A stretch of DNA of 64,000 nt. Source: the human T2T-CHM13v2.0 reference genome, Homo sapiens. How positions within the stretch are numbered: position 1 is the first letter of the stretch; each line of letters begins with the position of its first letter. Under the pieces are notes generated by a model, which worked only from the letters and a program-made list of their open reading frames with translations, had not been told where the DNA came from and did not search any database. The position numbers and the translations under genes are program-made. Location of the stretch: the NCBI RefSeq assembly GCF_009914755.1, contig NC_060926.1. The stretch is one strand, 5' to 3'. Positions 59,208 through 64,000 of this stretch are shown here, in pieces.

Positions 59208-60045
59208 TTTTATTTATGTATTTATGTATTTATTTATGTATTTATTTCTGTGGGTACACAGTAGGTATATATATTTATGGGGTACATGAGATGTTCTGAT
59301 ACTGGCATGCAATGTGAAAAGAGCATATCATGGAGAATGGGGTGTCCCTCCCCTCAAGCATTTTATCCTTTGAGGTACAAATAATCCAGTTACACTGTTT
59401 AAGTTATTGAAAAATATACAATTAAGTTATTATTGATTATAGTCACCCTATTGTGCTATCATATAGTAGGTCTTGTTCATTCTTTATAACTATTTTTTTT
59501 CATACCCATTAACCATCCTCACCTCCACCCTCCCACTACCCTTCCACTACCCTTCCCAGCCTCTGGTAATCATCCTTCTACTCTCTATGTCCATGAGTTC
59601 AACTGATTTGATATTTAAATCCCACAAATAAGTGAGAACACGTGATGTTTGTCTTTCTGTGCCTGGCTTATTTCACTTAACATAATGATCCAGTTCCATC
59701 CATGTTATTGGAAATGACTGGATCTTATTCTTTTTTATGGCTGAAGAGTACTCCATTGTGTGTATGTCCACCTTTTCTTTATCTGCTCATCTGTTGATGG
59801 ACACTTAGGTTGCTTCTAAATCTTAGCTACTGTGAACAGTGCTGCAACAAACATAGGAGTGCAGATGTCTCTTCATTACACTGATTTCTGTTCATTTGGG
59901 TATACACCCAGCAGTGGGATTGCTGGATCATATGGTAGCTGAATCTCCAAACTGTTCTCCCTAGTCGTTGTACTAATTTGCATTCCCACTGACAGTGGAC
60001 AAGTGTTCCCTTTTCTCCACAATCCTTGCCAGCATTTGTTATGTA
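59208..60045 (-). mobile_element. L1MA-type 3' end
   Basis: (TTTA/TGTA)n tail and gtgggtacacagtaggtatatatatttatggggtacatgag. Antisense QLPYDPAIPLLGVYP remnant. Confidence 0.85.
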
Positions 60046-60129
60046 TTCTACATTTTAACCAACTAACAAATGAAAGTTTGATACACAAAGGTAAACAGGA
60101 TCCACCCTGCATACACGACCGATGTGTTA

Positions 60130-60515
<386 letters not shown>

Positions 60516-62109
60516 TTAATGGGGGTCTTCACCATGACTTATTGCAAACTTGGGACACCCAACCACCAACTGATGGCAAAGAAGAGCTAGGCATTCTCCT
60601 TGTGACAATGTTCTTTCTTTTCATAGGACAAGGCTTACAGTTTCATATGTATTATGTAAAGGTGAATTGTGTATGCCAAGTAGAGAAAACGCAAGAAGAC
60701 AGTGGGAAATGTTGATATATTTCATATTGCCATGCTCTCATATCCCCATACCTGGCATGACAGAGTGAGAGACGGATAGCCATTCTTGATGGATACAGTG
60801 GTCATGTATTTCACTGGATTCTATCCGCCTACATTCTTTATTCCACTATGCCATTTTGTTCAGAATTCAAATGTATTCCAGGGATGTATTTCTGGACTAT
60901 AAATTAACTCTTTCATTTAAGTAGTTCTCCTCAATATTCCTCTAAATTCTTCCCCTTGAAATTACATCCTACTTTTGGTATTGTTATAGTTATTTTGTTC
61001 ATTTCTACTGGGATTGTAAATCAACACATACATCACAGTCATTTCACAATTCTCATCGAAAAAGACCTCACTCAGCTTAATAAGGTGCAGTGCCTTGAGT
61101 ATCATTCTTTGAAGGCCTTTGAAGTGTTTCCTTCCAGGCTTTATTCTTAAAGAACGAAGATACTGGGGCCAGGATGTCTGAGCCAGAGGCAGAATCCTAT
61201 GCAACTGTGCTCAAGTCCAGCACTTAAATAAAAGCCAGAAGAAGTTGGAACTATTGCAAGCACATTTATAATATCATTTGAGGGACAGCTGGGGTCAGTG
61301 CTAAATTTTAAATTATCAGATGCAGGGAGACAACTCTTGCATAACAATAAGCGCAGGCTGTCACATTGAGCAGAAAATAACCATACTTTCACCTTGGAAA
61401 ATATATTCTAAATAGGACAGTAATTGTTTTCAGAAAGCTATTCAGTGACTTACTTTCTCCCCCACCACACACACACTCAAGAATTGCCCAGGAATAAGGT
61501 AAACTTTTTATTATAATTTATACAATGTGGTAGTTTTTTGAATAGTTTAGAATTTTTATAGCCTGATAACAGATCTTCCAAATTGCACACAGCCATCCTG
61601 CACTGGCAGGGAGACAGGCTTGGATGACCTGCTGGGTCTTTCTCATCTCTAATGTCTGTGAGTCTTTGAAATACATCCCGGAGCTTAATTATGACAGCAG
61701 TCTTTATTATTCTGAGCCCCTAATGGCACACTTCATGGGAACAATGCAAAAAGAAAAGAGTCAGTGCCTTTGCCGTGGTTTACACAAAAATTGGAACATG
61801 CTATGATTTCAGGGAGGAGCTCCCCTTTCTCAGGCAGGTGGGAGGTTGGAGGAGGAGTGGTGGGTTAGGGAGAAGAGGGTTGCTGGCAGGGGCTTATTGA
61901 ACTAATTCTCAGTTATTTGTTCATAGTCTGGTATAAATCAGTCATAGATAGACTTTTTGCAGGAATAACAACCATGTTAATTTTGAGCCTTTGCCTCAAT
62001 TTAGACAACTTAGATATCATCCCCCTCCCATCACCAGATCCAATTGCAGTTCTAATTTCTCCCTGGAATTGTGCATGGGGACTAGAAAATCAGGTCAAAC
62101 ATCGTGCTT

Positions 62110-62680
62110 ATTTTTTAAACTTTTAATTTTGAAAAAATTTAGACGTATAGAGGAGTTGCAAAGAGAATGGAGTGCTCCCACACACACACCCTGATTTATT
62201 TTCCCCAAGGTTAACATCCCAGGAAACCATGGTTCAACTCTCAAAACTAAGTTAACCTTGGTACAATACCAAGAACTAAACTACACACCTCATTAGGAAT
62301 CCACTAGTCTTTCCTCCAATATCCTTTCTCTGTTCCAGAATTAGGTCCAGGATCCCACCATGCATTTAGTTGCAATGTCTCCTTATTCTCCTCTCATCTG
62401 TGACAATGTCTCAGTTTTTCCTTGTCTTTCATGGCCTTGAAACATTTGAAGAGTACTGGTCAAGGACTTTGTCCAGCATGTCTCATTTATATTTGTCTGA
62501 TGTTTTGATAGATTGGAGCCATACATTTTGGGAAAGAATACCACCAGAGGCCATGTGCCCTTCCCAACGCATTGCATCAGAGGACATAAAATATTAACAT
62601 ATCCTATTTCTGGTGATGGCACCATTGATTCTATTGATTAAGATGAGGTCTGCTAAGTCAGTAACTTATCCCATTTGTGT
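62110..62680 (-). mobile_element. L1MB/MC-type 3' end fragment
   Basis: ttttaattttgaaaaaatttagacgtatagaggagttgcaaa...ccaggatcccaccatgcatttagttg. Confidence 0.65.
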
Positions 62681-64000
62681 AAATGGGACCTGGGTCAGCC
62701 ATGGAACCTAGATAACCTTATGTTAATTATGAGTTCAATAAATACATAAGTTAAATAGTATATACATATCTTGAGCAAGGATTCAGTGTTTCCAGTCATT
62801 GGGTGGGCTTGCATTTTTAATTTCCCTGCTCTACGAAGTGTGACCGCAAAGGTATATAGGTCTAAATATATCTCTGGCAATGACATGGCTGCCTATAGCC
62901 ATCCCTACTTTGCCGTGGGCCTAACTCTAAGGCTGAAGGATTATCCATTGATAAACTTCATGCACAACAGTCTCTGTAAAGAAAAAAACCCTCATCCATT
63001 TACCATCTTAGGACTCGTCTGTTTTTTTCTGTATATTGTAACATTTCCCTTTTTTTTTCCTTCTGATCTTCTCTTGGGATCCTCTGCTGTAAACAGAAAT
63101 CTAGAAGATGGGGGGATGGAAGTGAAGTGGAATGTAAAAACGTCTGCCAGTGCCCCATGGTCTCCAACCCACTTTCAGATGCACCGTCTCATTTCAACAG
63201 ATATAGGTGAGCCTTGGGAGGTGTGCATATCCATGAGAGTGTTATTGCTACAAATAGAAAAACAAAACAAAACTGATGCTTAACAATGTTCAAGGACTTG
63301 CCAAGGTCATATGGCTGTGACAGTGCAGAGTGGGTTGTAGATCCAGGGTCTCTGAATACTTAGTCTGCTGGTCAGGCTCACCACATATTTCACACCAGGA
63401 AAACAGGCTCAGGGCTCCTGCAGGTCCAGAGCAGTCCAGCATATAAGCAGGTGACTTGAACTCTCGATTTATTACCAAGCTGTTACAAAAGCCAAGCATC
63501 CTTCGTTAATCACTCTGGGTTTTCCACTTGCCGGTTGTTACCTTAGGAATAAAATATTCCTGGGGTCTATTTCTAATTTAATGCCAGGATGCAAATTGGG
63601 CCTCACCCGTTTCACCTGAGGTGTTATTTATGCCCAAATAACACCTCCTAGATGAGGACTTATTGTGCCTGTTTCCTCCTTTGGAAATTAAGGATAATAA
63701 TAGTAATCAGCTGCACACAAAGCAATTGTGGGGGGCGGGGATGGGAAAGGCTCAGTGATTGTAACAGCTCACAGAAAACCCAAGATCAGGGAGAAGTGCT
63801 GTAGAAATGCTAAATGCAGCAGGAAGAATTATGACATCTCTGCAAATTCACCACCGGAGGCCAGGATAATACAAATGCTTGGCAAATGGTAACTTCATTC
63901 AACAAATATATTTTGGCTACATGTAACATTGGAATCCAAAGGTAGAAGGGTTTTTAGATAATAATAATCGTGACTCGATTTTTAAAATTGACATTTTTTA

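Noticed and set aside
62771-63283. 170-aa ORF
   Set aside because: Non-ATG start, no recognisable domain, and it crosses a polypyrimidine tract. Probably chance.

Overview
Primate (almost certainly human) genomic DNA covering the 3' half of TMEM182, a muscle/heart/adipose-enriched claudin/PMP22-like four-TM protein gene, on the + strand. It holds a 138-nt internal coding exon (26548-26685) and the terminal exon (CDS 43428-43648, 3' UTR of about 2.4-2.7 kb). The upstream exons are outside the window. The rest is intronic or downstream sequence rich in repeats: Alus, FAM/FLAM/FRAM monomers, nested L1s, L2, MIR, MER20, MER2, MER5, and LTRs of the MER41A, MER39-like, LTR15-like, MLT1 and MST types. 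Three features stand out: (1) a roughly 710-bp internal L1PA fragment with no poly(A) and no clean TSD, containing only the reverse-transcriptase core, with a junction-created in-frame ATG giving an intact 260-aa ORF; (2) a 5x31-bp minisatellite with an E-box in every unit next to a perfect MEF2 site, plus other MEF2/E-box clusters that fit a muscle gene; (3) a 3' UTR (AAT)12 repeat whose end forms an AATAAA. Repeat subfamily names come from remembered consensus sequences, and many repeat boundaries are approximate. I found no convincing evidence of a wholly new multi-gene system.
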